NCBI GenBank assembly: GCA_964598945.1
Contig: CAZRDQ010000018.1
Span: 1 to 28,962, forward strand
Direction of reading: 5' to 3'
Length of the DNA stretch: 28,962 bases
From: an uncultured Candidatus Bathyarchaeia archaeon
Lineage (GTDB): Archaea > Thermoproteota > Bathyarchaeia > 40CM-2-53-6 > RBG-13-38-9
Shown here: positions 16,121 through 25,722 of the stretch, piece by piece
How positions within the stretch are numbered: position 1 is the first letter of the stretch
Layout of the letters: every line of letters begins with the position of its first letter
Translations under genes and position numbers: made by a program
Notes under the pieces: model-generated
What the model was told of the DNA's origin: nothing
Database searches by the model: none
The model's input: only the letters and a program-made list of their open reading frames with translations

Positions 16121-17128
16121 ATGCCGTGCAATGTGGTCGTGGGAGGGTTCTTCGGCGATGAGGGCAAAGGGAAGCTGATCGCGTATCTAGCTCTGAAGGA
16201 TAAGCCAGCCATAGTCGCCAGAGGAGGAGTTGGACCCAATGCAGGACACACTGTCGAGTTCGAAGGCAAGACATACTCTCTACGAATGGTGCCCAGCGGC
16301 TTCACAAACAAGGAAAGCAGACTCCTCATCGGCCCCGGTGTCTCAGTTGACCCAAGCGTCTTGCTCAAAGAGATAGCTCTGACAGAGACAGACTCGAGAA
16401 TAGGCCTGGACCCTCAATGTGGCATAATCGAGGATAGACACATCCGAGCCGAAGCAGGGTCGGAACATCTTTCCCAGAAGGTCGGCTCGACCAAAAGTGG
16501 AGTTGGCGCATGCAACGCCGATAGAGCGCTCAGGATGGCAAGGATAGCCAGAGAGATCCCTGAACTGTCGAGGTACTTGGTCGATGTCGCCCGTGAAGTT
16601 AACCGTGCACTAGATAACGGCAGACCCGTACTGGTCGAGGGAACGCAGGGAACCTTCCTATCCCTGTATCACGGGACTTATCCATACTGCACCTCCAAAG
16701 ACGTCTGCGCCTCAGCCATATGTTCCGACATAGGCCTCGGCCCCACCAAAGTGTCAGAGGTAATCCTGGTCTTCAAGTCATTCGTCACAAGGGTTGGTGA
16801 GGGCGAGCTCCAAGGTCAGCTCAGCAAGGAAGAGGTTCTCAAGAGAGGCTGGGTGGAGTACGGAACCGTCACCCGGAGGGAACGGCGAGCAGCACCATTC
16901 AACTTCGATCTCGCACGGAGGGCGGTTATGTTGAATGGAGCCACACAACTTGCAGTAACAAAGATCGACTTGATATCTCCAAAGGCCCGCGGTGTGAAAC
17001 GATTCGATGGGCTTCCAGAGAAGGCCAAGGAGTTTGTTAAGGAGATTGAGAACGAAACGAACAGGCCGGTAATGTTTATTGGAACTGGCCCATCAACATG
17101 GGATGTGATCGACAGGAGATCAACCTAG
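16121..17128 (+). CDS. purA: Adenylosuccinate synthetase (short archaeal type)
   Basis: MPCNVVVGGFFGDEGKGK P-loop N-terminus, then GPNAGHTV and a GTP-binding C-terminal part. The start is set at ATG 16121 (or 16112); the track's 16055 start would read through the right end of tnpB copy 2. Confidence 0.88.
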   Translation: MPCNVVVGGFFGDEGKGKLIAYLALKDKPAIVARGGVGPNAGHTVEFEGKTYSLRMVPSGFTNKESRLLIGPGVSVDPSVLLKEIALTETDSRIGLDPQCGIIEDRHIRAEAGSEHLSQKVGSTKSGVGACNADRALRMARIAREIPELSRYLVDVAREVNRALDNGRPVLVEGTQGTFLSLYHGTYPYCTSKDVCASAICSDIGLGPTKVSEVILVFKSFVTRVGEGELQGQLSKEEVLKRGWVEYGTVTRRERRAAPFNFDLARRAVMLNGATQLAVTKIDLISPKARGVKRFDGLPEKAKEFVKEIENETNRPVMFIGTGPSTWDVIDRRST

Positions 17129-17199
17129 ACTAATTTGATGTTGCTCGTGATCTTATCTTAAATACAGTCAAAGCAGACATAGAATTGGAGGCCATCGAG

Positions 17200-17769
17200 A
17201 TGAGAGAAAGAGTAGTGAACTTGTCGATGACAAAGAGCGTTGCTCTAATGGCCTCGATGGCTGCCCTCGGAAACGTTCTGGCTTTCATCTCAATGTATGT
17301 TGGAAGTTTCCATCCTCAGGTTGCTCTGGACTTCTCACACCTTGCGACCGCGATAGTGGCGGTATATCTGGGTCCGGCCATGGGAATGTTTACAGGGGCT
17401 CTAGTAGGATTAGCCCCTTACTACTACTTTGGCGTCCTCGGCTGGCTTGGACCTTTCCTCGGATTCATTGGTTTCTTCTTGGGCAAGGCTCTGTCAGGGT
17501 TATTCTTTGGACTACTGGCAAGAAGGATGAGACCACTGTCTGCCATCATACTTGGGTTCATTCCAGAGTGCCTCTGGATATACATAGTCCTTAGACTCTT
17601 GACTCGGCTCTTGCTGCCTGCCCAAATAGCATCAGGGTTCACTGATGCGATCATAGTGCTAGTGCTGGCGAAAGCCTGGGTCGAGATTGTGATCATCGGG
17701 GTCGTAGTGGACCTGGTTAAGAAGAGAAGAATCGTTGATGCGATCCTAGCACCAACGACGAGTACATGA
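17200..17769 (+). CDS. Integral membrane protein, ECF-transporter S-component-like
   Basis: 5-6 hydrophobic helices with ...LDFSHLATAIVAVYLGPAMGMFTGALVG.... GGAGG lies 8 nt upstream of ATG 17200 (the track starts at TTG 17185). Confidence 0.45.
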   Translation: MRERVVNLSMTKSVALMASMAALGNVLAFISMYVGSFHPQVALDFSHLATAIVAVYLGPAMGMFTGALVGLAPYYYFGVLGWLGPFLGFIGFFLGKALSGLFFGLLARRMRPLSAIILGFIPECLWIYIVLRLLTRLLLPAQIASGFTDAIIVLVLAKAWVEIVIIGVVVDLVKKRRIVDAILAPTTST

Positions 17770-17777
17770 AGAGGAAT

Positions 17778-18371
17778 CTAGCAAGCAAAGAATCTTGTTC
17801 TGCTGAGCGTATGGAGATCGGCGCCAGTATCAAGATCAAACGCCAGACCAGGCGACCAGTAGAGCTTGAACTTTCTTCCGCTTCTCATCGCTTCCTTGAG
17901 ATGACCAGTGAGACTTCCTGGACCGAATCTCACCGGGATAGATCTTGGAGGCCGAAGGAACAACGTGTTGGTTCCGCAATCTTTGGATGGACAGATAACT
18001 ATCGATTCATCGGCAGCATTATTCATCATATTTTTGAGTTCACGACTTGAGAGAAGAGGAAGGTCTGCCGCAATGACGAGAACAGAATCGAAGCCTTCTG
18101 CCATGCAGCGACTGATGGCCTGTGTAACAGCACCGTTGAGTGAGCTGGTCTGGTCTACCTCGAATAACGCGCCTGAACTCTCCGCAACCTTCCTAACCTC
18201 CTCGTCGGATCCAACGACGATTGCTTGACCCACCCACCTAGTCAGCTCGCTCAAGACATGCCCCAGCATCTTTAGAGTCAGCTCCTTTCTCTCATCTGGA
18301 TTCAGTGAGGGAGCGAGCCTGGCTTTGGAGTGTAGCAATCTCTTGACCGGTACGATTGCACAGGTACGCAA
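17778..18371 (-). CDS. cofC: 2-phospho-L-lactate guanylyltransferase (F420 biosynthesis)
   Basis: CAIVPVKRLLHSKARL N-terminus, GTNTLFLRPP, C-terminal DLDTGADL. It lies directly downstream of cofD. Confidence 0.8.
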   Translation of the reverse strand: MRTCAIVPVKRLLHSKARLAPSLNPDERKELTLKMLGHVLSELTRWVGQAIVVGSDEEVRKVAESSGALFEVDQTSSLNGAVTQAISRCMAEGFDSVLVIAADLPLLSSRELKNMMNNAADESIVICPSKDCGTNTLFLRPPRSIPVRFGPGSLTGHLKEAMRSGRKFKLYWSPGLAFDLDTGADLHTLSRTRFFAC

Positions 18372-18376
18372 CAGAC

Positions 18377-19303
18377 TCAGGCCTCAAGAGCACGCAAAGT
18401 GGTCTCAGCCAGCCTAGTCTTTGAATCCAACGTATTCATCAGGGTGTTCGCCACGACAACGCGCATACCCAGCTTCTCGATGCTGCCTCTGCGGGGGAGA
18501 TCCTCTCTGTCTATTATGAGAGTGTCTATGAGACCTTTGTAGAGCGAGGCAACTCCAACAACCGACGGCTCCCTCCCCAACCCAATCAGCATTCTGTCAG
18601 CTGGACCCCTGACCGGTTTTCCGGCTATCAATGGACTGATCGCAATCTTTCTGGCCCTAGATCTGTTGATCGCCTGTCTGATACCGCGGATAGACAGCAT
18701 GCAGCCTATGCTTACGATAGGGTTGCTTGGAGCAAGGATTATGCCTCTGGCCTCATCGATGGATTCTAGAACCTCACCGCTAGACCGAGCGGATTCCGAG
18801 CCTCTGAAGACCACATTTCTAACCTTTGATTCGAACTTCTTCTTAACAAAGTACTCTTGAAAATCGAGTAGGCCTTCATCGGTATCTACCTTCGTTCGCA
18901 CAGGATCGTCTGTCATCGGCAAGATCAAGTGGTTCACCCCCAGAGTGTTACATAGTCTCTTGGTAACCTCTGAGAGAGTAAGTCCTTCAGCTAGCAGTCG
19001 AGTCCGCAGGATGTGAGTTGCAAGGTCCCGGTCTCCAATCCTGAACCAGGTTTCCTGCCCGTAGAGGCTCATCATGCTTAGGAAATTGAGGCTGTCATTC
19101 CTGAGACCCCATCCTTTCTCTTCATCGACAAGGCCGGCCAAGCTGTACATTAGAGTATCAAGGTCCGGCGAGATGTGCAGCCCCATCACATCCAGATCGT
19201 CTCCAGTGTTTCCAACGATCACCAATCTCTCATCGCGCAGAATTCTGGTGAGCCCTTGAAGAAACCTCGCTCCACCCACGCCGCCAGCCAGAACCACTAA
19301 CAT
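18377..19303 (-). CDS. cofD: 2-phospho-L-lactate transferase (LPPG:FO transferase, F420 biosynthesis)
   Basis: MLVVLAGGVGGARFLQGL N-terminus and CofD-family pattern throughout. There is a 5-nt gap to cofC. Confidence 0.88.
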   Translation of the reverse strand: MLVVLAGGVGGARFLQGLTRILRDERLVIVGNTGDDLDVMGLHISPDLDTLMYSLAGLVDEEKGWGLRNDSLNFLSMMSLYGQETWFRIGDRDLATHILRTRLLAEGLTLSEVTKRLCNTLGVNHLILPMTDDPVRTKVDTDEGLLDFQEYFVKKKFESKVRNVVFRGSESARSSGEVLESIDEARGIILAPSNPIVSIGCMLSIRGIRQAINRSRARKIAISPLIAGKPVRGPADRMLIGLGREPSVVGVASLYKGLIDTLIIDREDLPRRGSIEKLGMRVVVANTLMNTLDSKTRLAETTLRALEA

Positions 19304-19423
19304 CAGAATATCAGCCAGCTCGTATCATGGAGAGCGCTGGTGAGACCATGATCCGTCCCTAAAAGGATTTGCGGCCGGGAGTTCTGTTGCCGGTTGGATC
19401 GGCCGATCGAGGATTTCATGAGA

Positions 19424-21244
19424 TCATTCTACTGTAACAGACTTTGCTAGGTTTCTCGGCCTGTCCGGGTCGCATCCTCGCTCAACGGCCATCCAGTAAG
19501 CGAATAGCTGCAGTGGAATCACGTATATCACGGGTGTGAGAAGATCAATTACGCGAACAGGGATCTCGATGAAGTCATCGAGCAGCTCCTTCAGCTTCTC
19601 ATCGCCGGATTCGATCACCCCTATCGTTGAGGCGTTTCTGGCCTTCATCTCCATGACGTTCCCAACGGTCTTGTGGTAAGTCTCATCTCTTGGGGCAACG
19701 AAGATCACTGGGTACCTTGGCTCAACGACCGCGATGAAGCCATGCTTGCTCTCGCCAGCCGGATATGCAAGCGAGGGGATGTACGATAACTCCAGAAGCT
19801 TCAGCCTCGCTTCCAGTGCAGTGGTCACGTTGATCCCTCTTGCTAGAAAGCAGAAACTCGATCTGTCTCTGTATTTCCTTGCCAGTTCACGAACCTGAGG
19901 TCCGACCGAGAGGACCTCCTCCATGGCCGCTGGGATTCCCAGCAGACCGTCCTTGAGCTTGGCCATCTCATCTTCAGAAATCGTCCTCCTTTTCTCAGCC
20001 AGAACCAAGGCGAGTCTCGTCAAGACCGAGACTTGAGAAGTGAACGTCTTTGTTGCAGCTACACCTATCTCAGGTCCTGAGTTCTGACCGATATAAACCT
20101 CGGAGAGCCTGGTCAAGGTTGACCCCATCACATTGGTTATGCCGAGCACTGAGGCCTCAGCGCTCTTGGCGAAACGAACGGCCTCAAGAGTATCCGCGGT
20201 CTCCCCTGACTGGCTGACCGCCAACACGACCGACCTTTTGTCGATCGTGTGGCCGTACTGCTCAATGAACTCCGATGCTATGACAGGCTGCGTCCGGATC
20301 TTCGCCAATCTTGTGAACAAGTAGGATGCTGCAAGGCAAGAGTGATAGGACGTACCACACGCCAGCAAGAAGACTTGCTCAGCCTTCTCCAGCTTGGAGG
20401 CCATAAGGTCATAGTATATCGGCTGGATCCTGAGAACGTTCCTTATAGCCGGTGGCTGCTCATGGATCTCCTTGAGCATGAAATGCTTGTATCCGCTCCT
20501 TGTGGCATCCTCTGGGCTCCAGGTGATATCCACAACTTCACGTTCGAGCTCTTGGCCAGTTCTAAAGTTGATAAGTTGAGTCTGATCCGATTCTAAGACG
20601 GCGAGGTCTTCCTCTTCCAAGAACAGGGCTTTCCTTGTTAGAGGAAGAAATGCAGATACATCCGATGCACAGTAGTTGGAAGAACTACCAAGGCCGATCA
20701 CCAAGGGGCTCTCCTTCTTGACACAGACAATCGAGCCGGGACGAGCGGTGGAGATCGCGGCAATGGCGAACGATCCTTCGAGTCGCCTGGTGGCCAGCCT
20801 TACCGACTCGGCGAAATCTTCGCCGTCAGCCAAGTACTCTTCCACCAGATGAGATATGACTTCTGTGTCCGTTCTGGATCTAAATATGTGATTTCTTCCT
20901 TCGAGTTCCCTTCTCAACTCAAGGAAATTCTCGATTATCCCGTTATGCACAACTGCAACATCGCCTTTGCAGCTGAGGTGTGGATGCGCATTCTCCAAGG
21001 ACGGCATACCGTGCGTGGCCCATCTCGTATGGCCGACTCCAACACTGCCATCCATCTCATTAAGATGAAGTCTCAAATCCACATCTCTGATCGATCCGCG
21101 GTCTTTCTTTACTTCCAGGCCTCCCTTTGAGATCGTGGCTATGCCGACCGAGTCGTATCCTCTATACTCAAGGCGTTCCAAGGCTCGATGAACAACCGGT
21201 GCAGCATCACCCGTCCTAAGGACCGCACCGAATATGCCACACAA
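19424..21244 (-). CDS. glmS: Glutamine--fructose-6-phosphate aminotransferase (isomerising)
   Basis: Class-II amidotransferase N-terminus CGIFGAV, two SIS domains, C-terminal ...LAKSVTVE. TTG 21244 places the nucleophile Cys at position 2 and has GGAGG 10 nt upstream. The track's 21382 start would bury that Cys. Confidence 0.92.
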   Translation of the reverse strand: MCGIFGAVLRTGDAAPVVHRALERLEYRGYDSVGIATISKGGLEVKKDRGSIRDVDLRLHLNEMDGSVGVGHTRWATHGMPSLENAHPHLSCKGDVAVVHNGIIENFLELRRELEGRNHIFRSRTDTEVISHLVEEYLADGEDFAESVRLATRRLEGSFAIAAISTARPGSIVCVKKESPLVIGLGSSSNYCASDVSAFLPLTRKALFLEEEDLAVLESDQTQLINFRTGQELEREVVDITWSPEDATRSGYKHFMLKEIHEQPPAIRNVLRIQPIYYDLMASKLEKAEQVFLLACGTSYHSCLAASYLFTRLAKIRTQPVIASEFIEQYGHTIDKRSVVLAVSQSGETADTLEAVRFAKSAEASVLGITNVMGSTLTRLSEVYIGQNSGPEIGVAATKTFTSQVSVLTRLALVLAEKRRTISEDEMAKLKDGLLGIPAAMEEVLSVGPQVRELARKYRDRSSFCFLARGINVTTALEARLKLLELSYIPSLAYPAGESKHGFIAVVEPRYPVIFVAPRDETYHKTVGNVMEMKARNASTIGVIESGDEKLKELLDDFIEIPVRVIDLLTPVIYVIPLQLFAYWMAVERGCDPDRPRNLAKSVTVE

Positions 21245-21349
21245 CGCGACCATTCCTCCTGCACAGGCTGTCCTGATCTCGGAGACCTTCCGGATCCAGA
21301 ACGGTTTCTGACCAGATGCCTTAGCTAAGAACAGCATGCTGCTCGATAG

Positions 21350-21359
21350 ATTAATATAT
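21350..21359. promoter_or_regulatory. AT-rich, partly palindromic (TTAATATA/TATATTAA) TATA-like box in the glmS / aspartate-kinase divergent region
   Basis: ATTAATATAT is the only strong AT box in the 315-nt spacer. It could serve both strands. Confidence 0.3.
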
Positions 21360-21385
21360 CTCGCGCACGGAATGACTGCCAATTC

Positions 21386-22819
21386 TTGACGGTGGGTGAA
21401 GAATTATGGGTGACCATCTTTTCGGTGATGGCGTTTACGAAAGACCCTGCGCCGAGTCCACCTACCGGATCGTTGGCTAGCTCCGTACCGCATCCACCGA
21501 CTATCACTAAGTCAGACACAAGAGGCCTCTCAGCGAATTCTTCAAAAGGACTCTCGCAATTGCAGGCGGAGAGACTGGGATCAGAGAGGACTATTGTAGC
21601 CAAGTTTGGCGGGTCAAGCCTCGCGGATAGTGAGAGGATCAGAAGAGCAGCCAAGTCCGTTGCCAGAGAGATAGAGAAAGGTGTCAGGGTAGCCGTAGTC
21701 GTATCCGCCATAGGAAAGACCACAGATGCTTTGCTTGAGATCCTTCAGAACCCCTCTGGAAAAGCTGTAGAGAAGGATGATGCTGACGACATCCTCTCAA
21801 TGGGAGAGAGAACCAGCGCCAGGGTCTTTGCTGCAGCCTTGAAATCCGAGGGTCTGAGAGTAAGATACTTTGATCCAGACGATGATGATTGGCCGATAAT
21901 CACTGACGGCAACTTCTCTAACGCAAACCCAATATTGGCAGACTGCGAAGAGAGGATAAGGAGACACGTCGGCCCCCTGTTAGAGGAAGGAATTGTTCCC
22001 GTCATAGCTGGGTTCGTGGGCCGCACCAGAGACCATGCCATAAGCACGATCGGGAGGGGAGGAAGCGACACCACAGCTTTCATACTGGCAAGGGCCCTGA
22101 AAGCCGATGAGGTGATCCTGGTGACAGACTCAGACGGAATAATGACGGCTGACCCAAAACTCGTGCCAGATGCAAGAAGACTTGGCAAGGTGGATGTCAA
22201 CTTCCTAGTTGGGATGGCAGACTCAGGCAAGAAGTTCATACATAGAAAAGCTCTCAAATACAAGGATCCAGCGATCGACGCCAGAGTGATCAACTTCTCA
22301 AAAAGCGATCTCGACTCGGAAGGCACAAAGATCACCGGTTCGATAGCTTCTGAACTTGAGGTTGAGCAGGCAACACCGAGGCAGGCAATGGTCCTGACCG
22401 TGATCGGCCATGGACTATCCATGAACCCAAAGATCATATCAGACCTGATTGAGAAGGTTGAGGAACACACGGAGCTACTCGGTCTCTCAGCGAACTCAGA
22501 TTCAATAATCTTGTACACCTCAGAGGTAGAAAACGGTGAGCCGCTCTACCGGGACCTTCACGAAATCCTGCTCAGCCACCCTGAGGCGGCCTCCATGACC
22601 GTCCGGCGTAACCTCGCTTACTTGAGGGTTAAGGGTGTTGGTCTTGAGGAGACACCTGGAGTCGTGGGCAAGATCTCGGAGACTCTGAGAGTGAACAGCA
22701 TCAACATCTTCGGGATACTCACGATAACTTCTAGTATTCTGATCTTCGTTGATCATCCCACTAAGGAGAAGGCCATCTCCTTGATCAAGCAATCGCTGGG
22801 GGTGAATGCTAGTTGCTGA
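21386..22819 (+). CDS. lysC: Aspartate kinase
   Basis: The kinase core starts at [16 protein letters not shown] (about 21593), followed by ...[13 protein letters not shown]... and C-terminal ACT-like repeats. The start is ambiguous. TTG 21386 sits about 27 nt after the TATA-like box. TTG 21560 would give the usual short N-terminus. The 58 extra residues are P/S/T-rich and not conserved-looking. Confidence 0.85.
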   Translation: MTVGEELWVTIFSVMAFTKDPAPSPPTGSLASSVPHPPTITKSDTRGLSANSSKGLSQLQAERLGSERTIVAKFGGSSLADSERIRRAAKSVAREIEKGVRVAVVVSAIGKTTDALLEILQNPSGKAVEKDDADDILSMGERTSARVFAAALKSEGLRVRYFDPDDDDWPIITDGNFSNANPILADCEERIRRHVGPLLEEGIVPVIAGFVGRTRDHAISTIGRGGSDTTAFILARALKADEVILVTDSDGIMTADPKLVPDARRLGKVDVNFLVGMADSGKKFIHRKALKYKDPAIDARVINFSKSDLDSEGTKITGSIASELEVEQATPRQAMVLTVIGHGLSMNPKIISDLIEKVEEHTELLGLSANSDSIILYTSEVENGEPLYRDLHEILLSHPEAASMTVRRNLAYLRVKGVGLEETPGVVGKISETLRVNSINIFGILTITSSILIFVDHPTKEKAISLIKQSLGVNASC

Positions 22820-23850
22820 AGGTAGCGATCCTCGGGGCGACAGGAATGGTCGGACAGAAGTTCGTTGAGTTGCTTGACAGCCATCCGTGGTTCAGAGTGG
22901 AAGCGGTGGCAGCATCTGAGAGGAGTGTTGGGCTCAAGTACAGTCAGCTCACAAAATGGAAGCTACCCACACCCATTCCGGAAGACGTCAAGGAACTTGA
23001 GGTCCTCCCAGTAGACACCAGAGCGATAGGCGATGTGGACGTAGTCTACTCGGCCCTACCAGCTGAAGAGGCAGGGAAGACTGAGGAGGAGTTCGCCGGA
23101 GCCGGGTACATGGTCTTCAGCAACGCCTCATCCCACAGGATGGACGAGGATGTTCCCATTCTCAATCCTGAGGTGAATTGCGAACACGCAAGGATGATCG
23201 ATGAACAGAGAAAGAGGAGAGGCTGGAGCGGGGCGATAGTCACCAACCCAAACTGCACCACCGCCATACTGACACTCTCACTCAAACCGATCAAAGATGA
23301 GTTTGGAATAAGACGGATCCTAGTATCGAGCATGCAGGCACTCTCAGGCGCAGGATACCCCGGCGTAGCCTCGCTGGACATAACAGATAACGTGATACCT
23401 TTCATCAAGAATGAAGAGGAGAAGATGCACAGGGAGACCCTCAAGATCATGGGAGACCTTAAGAAACCCGCAGAATTCAGAGTCTCAGCCAGCTGCCACA
23501 GGGTCAACACTACTGACGGACACACAGAGGCCGTTTTCATCGAGACCCAGAAGGAAGCTCAACCCCAGATCGTGGCTGAGGTCATGTCGAGGTTCCAAGC
23601 AGAGCCCCAAAGATTGGGGTTGCCTACAGCGCCAAAACAACCGATCATCGTCAGGCATGAGGAGGATAGGCCCCAACCCAAACTTGACAGGATGGAGGGC
23701 AGAGGGATGTCTGTCGTAGTCGGAAGGATCAGAAAAGATCCTGATCTGGATGGATTCAAGTACATAGTGCTCGGCCACAACACAGTCAGAGGAGCAGCAG
23801 GCTGCTCCATACTCAACTCCGAATACTTCAGGGCAATAGGGTACATCTAG
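22813..23850 (+). CDS. asd: Aspartate-semialdehyde dehydrogenase
   Basis: [15 protein letters not shown] Rossmann N-terminus and active-site NPNCTT. The TTG start overlaps the aspartate-kinase stop by 7 nt, with GGGGGTG 8 nt upstream. Confidence 0.9.
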   Translation: MLKVAILGATGMVGQKFVELLDSHPWFRVEAVAASERSVGLKYSQLTKWKLPTPIPEDVKELEVLPVDTRAIGDVDVVYSALPAEEAGKTEEEFAGAGYMVFSNASSHRMDEDVPILNPEVNCEHARMIDEQRKRRGWSGAIVTNPNCTTAILTLSLKPIKDEFGIRRILVSSMQALSGAGYPGVASLDITDNVIPFIKNEEEKMHRETLKIMGDLKKPAEFRVSASCHRVNTTDGHTEAVFIETQKEAQPQIVAEVMSRFQAEPQRLGLPTAPKQPIIVRHEEDRPQPKLDRMEGRGMSVVVGRIRKDPDLDGFKYIVLGHNTVRGAAGCSILNSEYFRAIGYI

Positions 23851-23932
23851 GAGGTGAAAAGGTACGGAGAGCGGAAAGAAGAGAAGACTCCAGAGGATAT
23901 TCAGACCCGACAACAGAACAGTCATCGTTCCG

Positions 23933-24652
23933 ATGGATCACGGCGTAACCGTCGGCCCGATCCAAGGACTCGAGGACATGAAGAGCATAGTCTCCAAGCT
24001 CAACAGCGGAGGAGCGGATGCCATACTGGTTCACAAAGGAATAGCCAAGAACGTTGAGACCGGACCCGCAGGCCTGATAATACATCTCTCCGGGAGCACC
24101 TCTCTGGGCCCGGATCCTTTGTGGAAACGCCAAGTCTGCTCAGTAGTCGAGGCGATGAGGCTGGGGGCAGACGCAGTCTCGGTTCACGTAAATGTTGGCG
24201 CTCCCAAGGAACACCGGATGCTCAGCAAACTCGGAAGGATCGCTGACACATGTGATGAGTACGGGATCCCACTCCTCGCGATGATGTACCCCCGAGGGCC
24301 GAAGATAAGGAGCGAACATGACCCTGCGGCAGTAAGCCATGCCGCAAGACTTGGGGCAGAGCTTGGAGCTGACATAATCAAGACCAACTACACAGGAGAC
24401 CGCCAGACCTTCAGGGAAGTGGTAGCGAGCTGTCCAGTGCCCATAGTGATCGCGGGCGGACCCAAGACAGAGAGCGTCAAGGAGTTCCTCACAATGGTCT
24501 ACGACTCCATCAAGAACGGTGCCGCGGGCTTATCCATCGGAAGAAACGTCTTCCAGCACGAGAACCCGGAAATGATGACCAAGGCACTTGCAGCGATCGT
24601 TCACGACGGTACCGACGTCAAGAACGCGATGGAGATCCTGGGCGAGAAATGA
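23933..24652 (+). CDS. aroA': 2-amino-3,7-dideoxy-D-threo-hept-6-ulosonate (ADH) synthase, class-I aldolase family (archaeal shikimate entry step)
   Basis: Close to the MJ0400-type sequence as I recall it: VIVPMDHGV...GADA..VH.G......[32 protein letters not shown]. Conserved N-terminal residues [20 protein letters not shown] are encoded upstream of ATG 23933 in the same frame, from 23858, without a canonical start. Confidence 0.85.
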   Translation: MDHGVTVGPIQGLEDMKSIVSKLNSGGADAILVHKGIAKNVETGPAGLIIHLSGSTSLGPDPLWKRQVCSVVEAMRLGADAVSVHVNVGAPKEHRMLSKLGRIADTCDEYGIPLLAMMYPRGPKIRSEHDPAAVSHAARLGAELGADIIKTNYTGDRQTFREVVASCPVPIVIAGGPKTESVKEFLTMVYDSIKNGAAGLSIGRNVFQHENPEMMTKALAAIVHDGTDVKNAMEILGEK

Positions 24653-25722
24653 TGAAAGAACTCTGGGTCCATGTAGCTGAAGATCTGCCTGCCAGCACAA
24701 AGGAGAAGTTGCTAGCAACGGCCGCAGAGGTCGCGGATGTCATACTGGTCTCATCCAGAGATCTCAACCTGGCAAAGGGATCCAACAAGACTATCGCAGG
24801 CGACTTTGATGGTGCCAGCATCAGGATAGTCGATTTTCAGGAGGCCATTGACATCTCATCGGTGAGAGCCAGAAGTAAGGAGATCGCGGCGAAGGTTACC
24901 ATAAGGACTGGCAAAGACGAGGCGAGGGCCGTCGATGCAGCCAACCTCGGATCAAAATACATCATTCTTGGGTGCACGGACTGGAAGACAATACCGCTTG
25001 AGAACATGATTGCGAGGCTAAGGAACAAAGCCAAGATACTGATGGAGGTCTCAACTCCGGATGAAGCAAGACTCGCAGCCGAGACATTACAGCTGGGAGC
25101 AGACGGCGTCGTCTACAAGGCCAACGACTCAGAGGAGATACGTGCTGCAGCCAAGATCATCAAGAAGACACATGCCAAGGTTGAACTGACGGAGGCCGAA
25201 GTTGTCCGCCTCAGACCTCTGGGCACAGGTGCACGGGTCTGTATCGATACATGTGACCTCATGAGGCCAAGAGAAGGCTTCCTTGTCGGAAGCCAGTCAT
25301 CAGGCCTCTTCCTTGTAGAGTCCGAGACTATGGAGAACCCTCATGTCGAGCCGCGACCTTTCAGAGTCAACGCTGGCCCAGTAGCATCATATCTGCTGGC
25401 AGCACCAGACAAGACCCGCTACTTGTCAGAGCTCAAGGGCGGGGATGAGGTTCTGATCGTTGATTCAGAAGGCAACACTAGAACAACCAATGTCTGCAGG
25501 GTGAAGATCGAATGGCGACCGATGATAATGGTGGAAACCAAGAGTGGGGGGCGTAACTTCAACATAATCCTTCAGAATGCCGAGACCATCCGTCTAGTCA
25601 CGAAACAGGGATCAAAATCGGTCTCAGAGATCAAACCTGGCGACAGAGTCTTAGCTAGGATCGAGACCGGCGGTAGGCACTTCGGCACGAAGGTGGTGGA
25701 GGAGTCGGTGATAGAGCGGTGA
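24649..25722 (+). CDS. aroB': 3-dehydroquinate synthase II (archaeal type)
   Basis: 357 aa, between ADH synthase and aroD, with 4-nt ATGA and GTGA overlaps on either side. The C-terminal ...[16 protein letters not shown] fits the DHQS-II family as I recall it. Confidence 0.78.
   Translation: MMKELWVHVAEDLPASTKEKLLATAAEVADVILVSSRDLNLAKGSNKTIAGDFDGASIRIVDFQEAIDISSVRARSKEIAAKVTIRTGKDEARAVDAANLGSKYIILGCTDWKTIPLENMIARLRNKAKILMEVSTPDEARLAAETLQLGADGVVYKANDSEEIRAAAKIIKKTHAKVELTEAEVVRLRPLGTGARVCIDTCDLMRPREGFLVGSQSSGLFLVESETMENPHVEPRPFRVNAGPVASYLLAAPDKTRYLSELKGGDEVLIVDSEGNTRTTNVCRVKIEWRPMIMVETKSGGRNFNIILQNAETIRLVTKQGSKSVSEIKPGDRVLARIETGGRHFGTKVVEESVIER

Noticed and set aside
21245-21345. A possible glmS ribozyme or riboswitch-like leader.
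   Set aside because: I cannot recognise the conserved glmS ribozyme core or any known riboswitch motif by eye. Only generic small hairpins are present, so the long leader is kept merely as a low-interest observation.
21245-21382. A 46-codon N-terminal extension of glmS in the ORF track.
   Set aside because: Class-II amidotransferases need Cys as the first residue after Met removal. TTG 21244 with an upstream GGAGG provides exactly that.
21325-21519. A 64-aa minus-strand ORF in the glmS/lysC spacer, with a Rossmann-like DLVIVGGCG stretch.
   Set aside because: It overlaps the only TATA-like box of the spacer and has no SD. The motif is too short to be meaningful, and the opposite strand is equally open.
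21745-22518. A 257-aa minus-strand ORF inside aspartate kinase, and similarly 25982-26650 (222 aa) opposite aroD and the aroA start.
   Set aside because: They are fully antisense to strongly supported genes. The sequences are Ser/Leu-rich and featureless, so they are treated as shadow ORFs.
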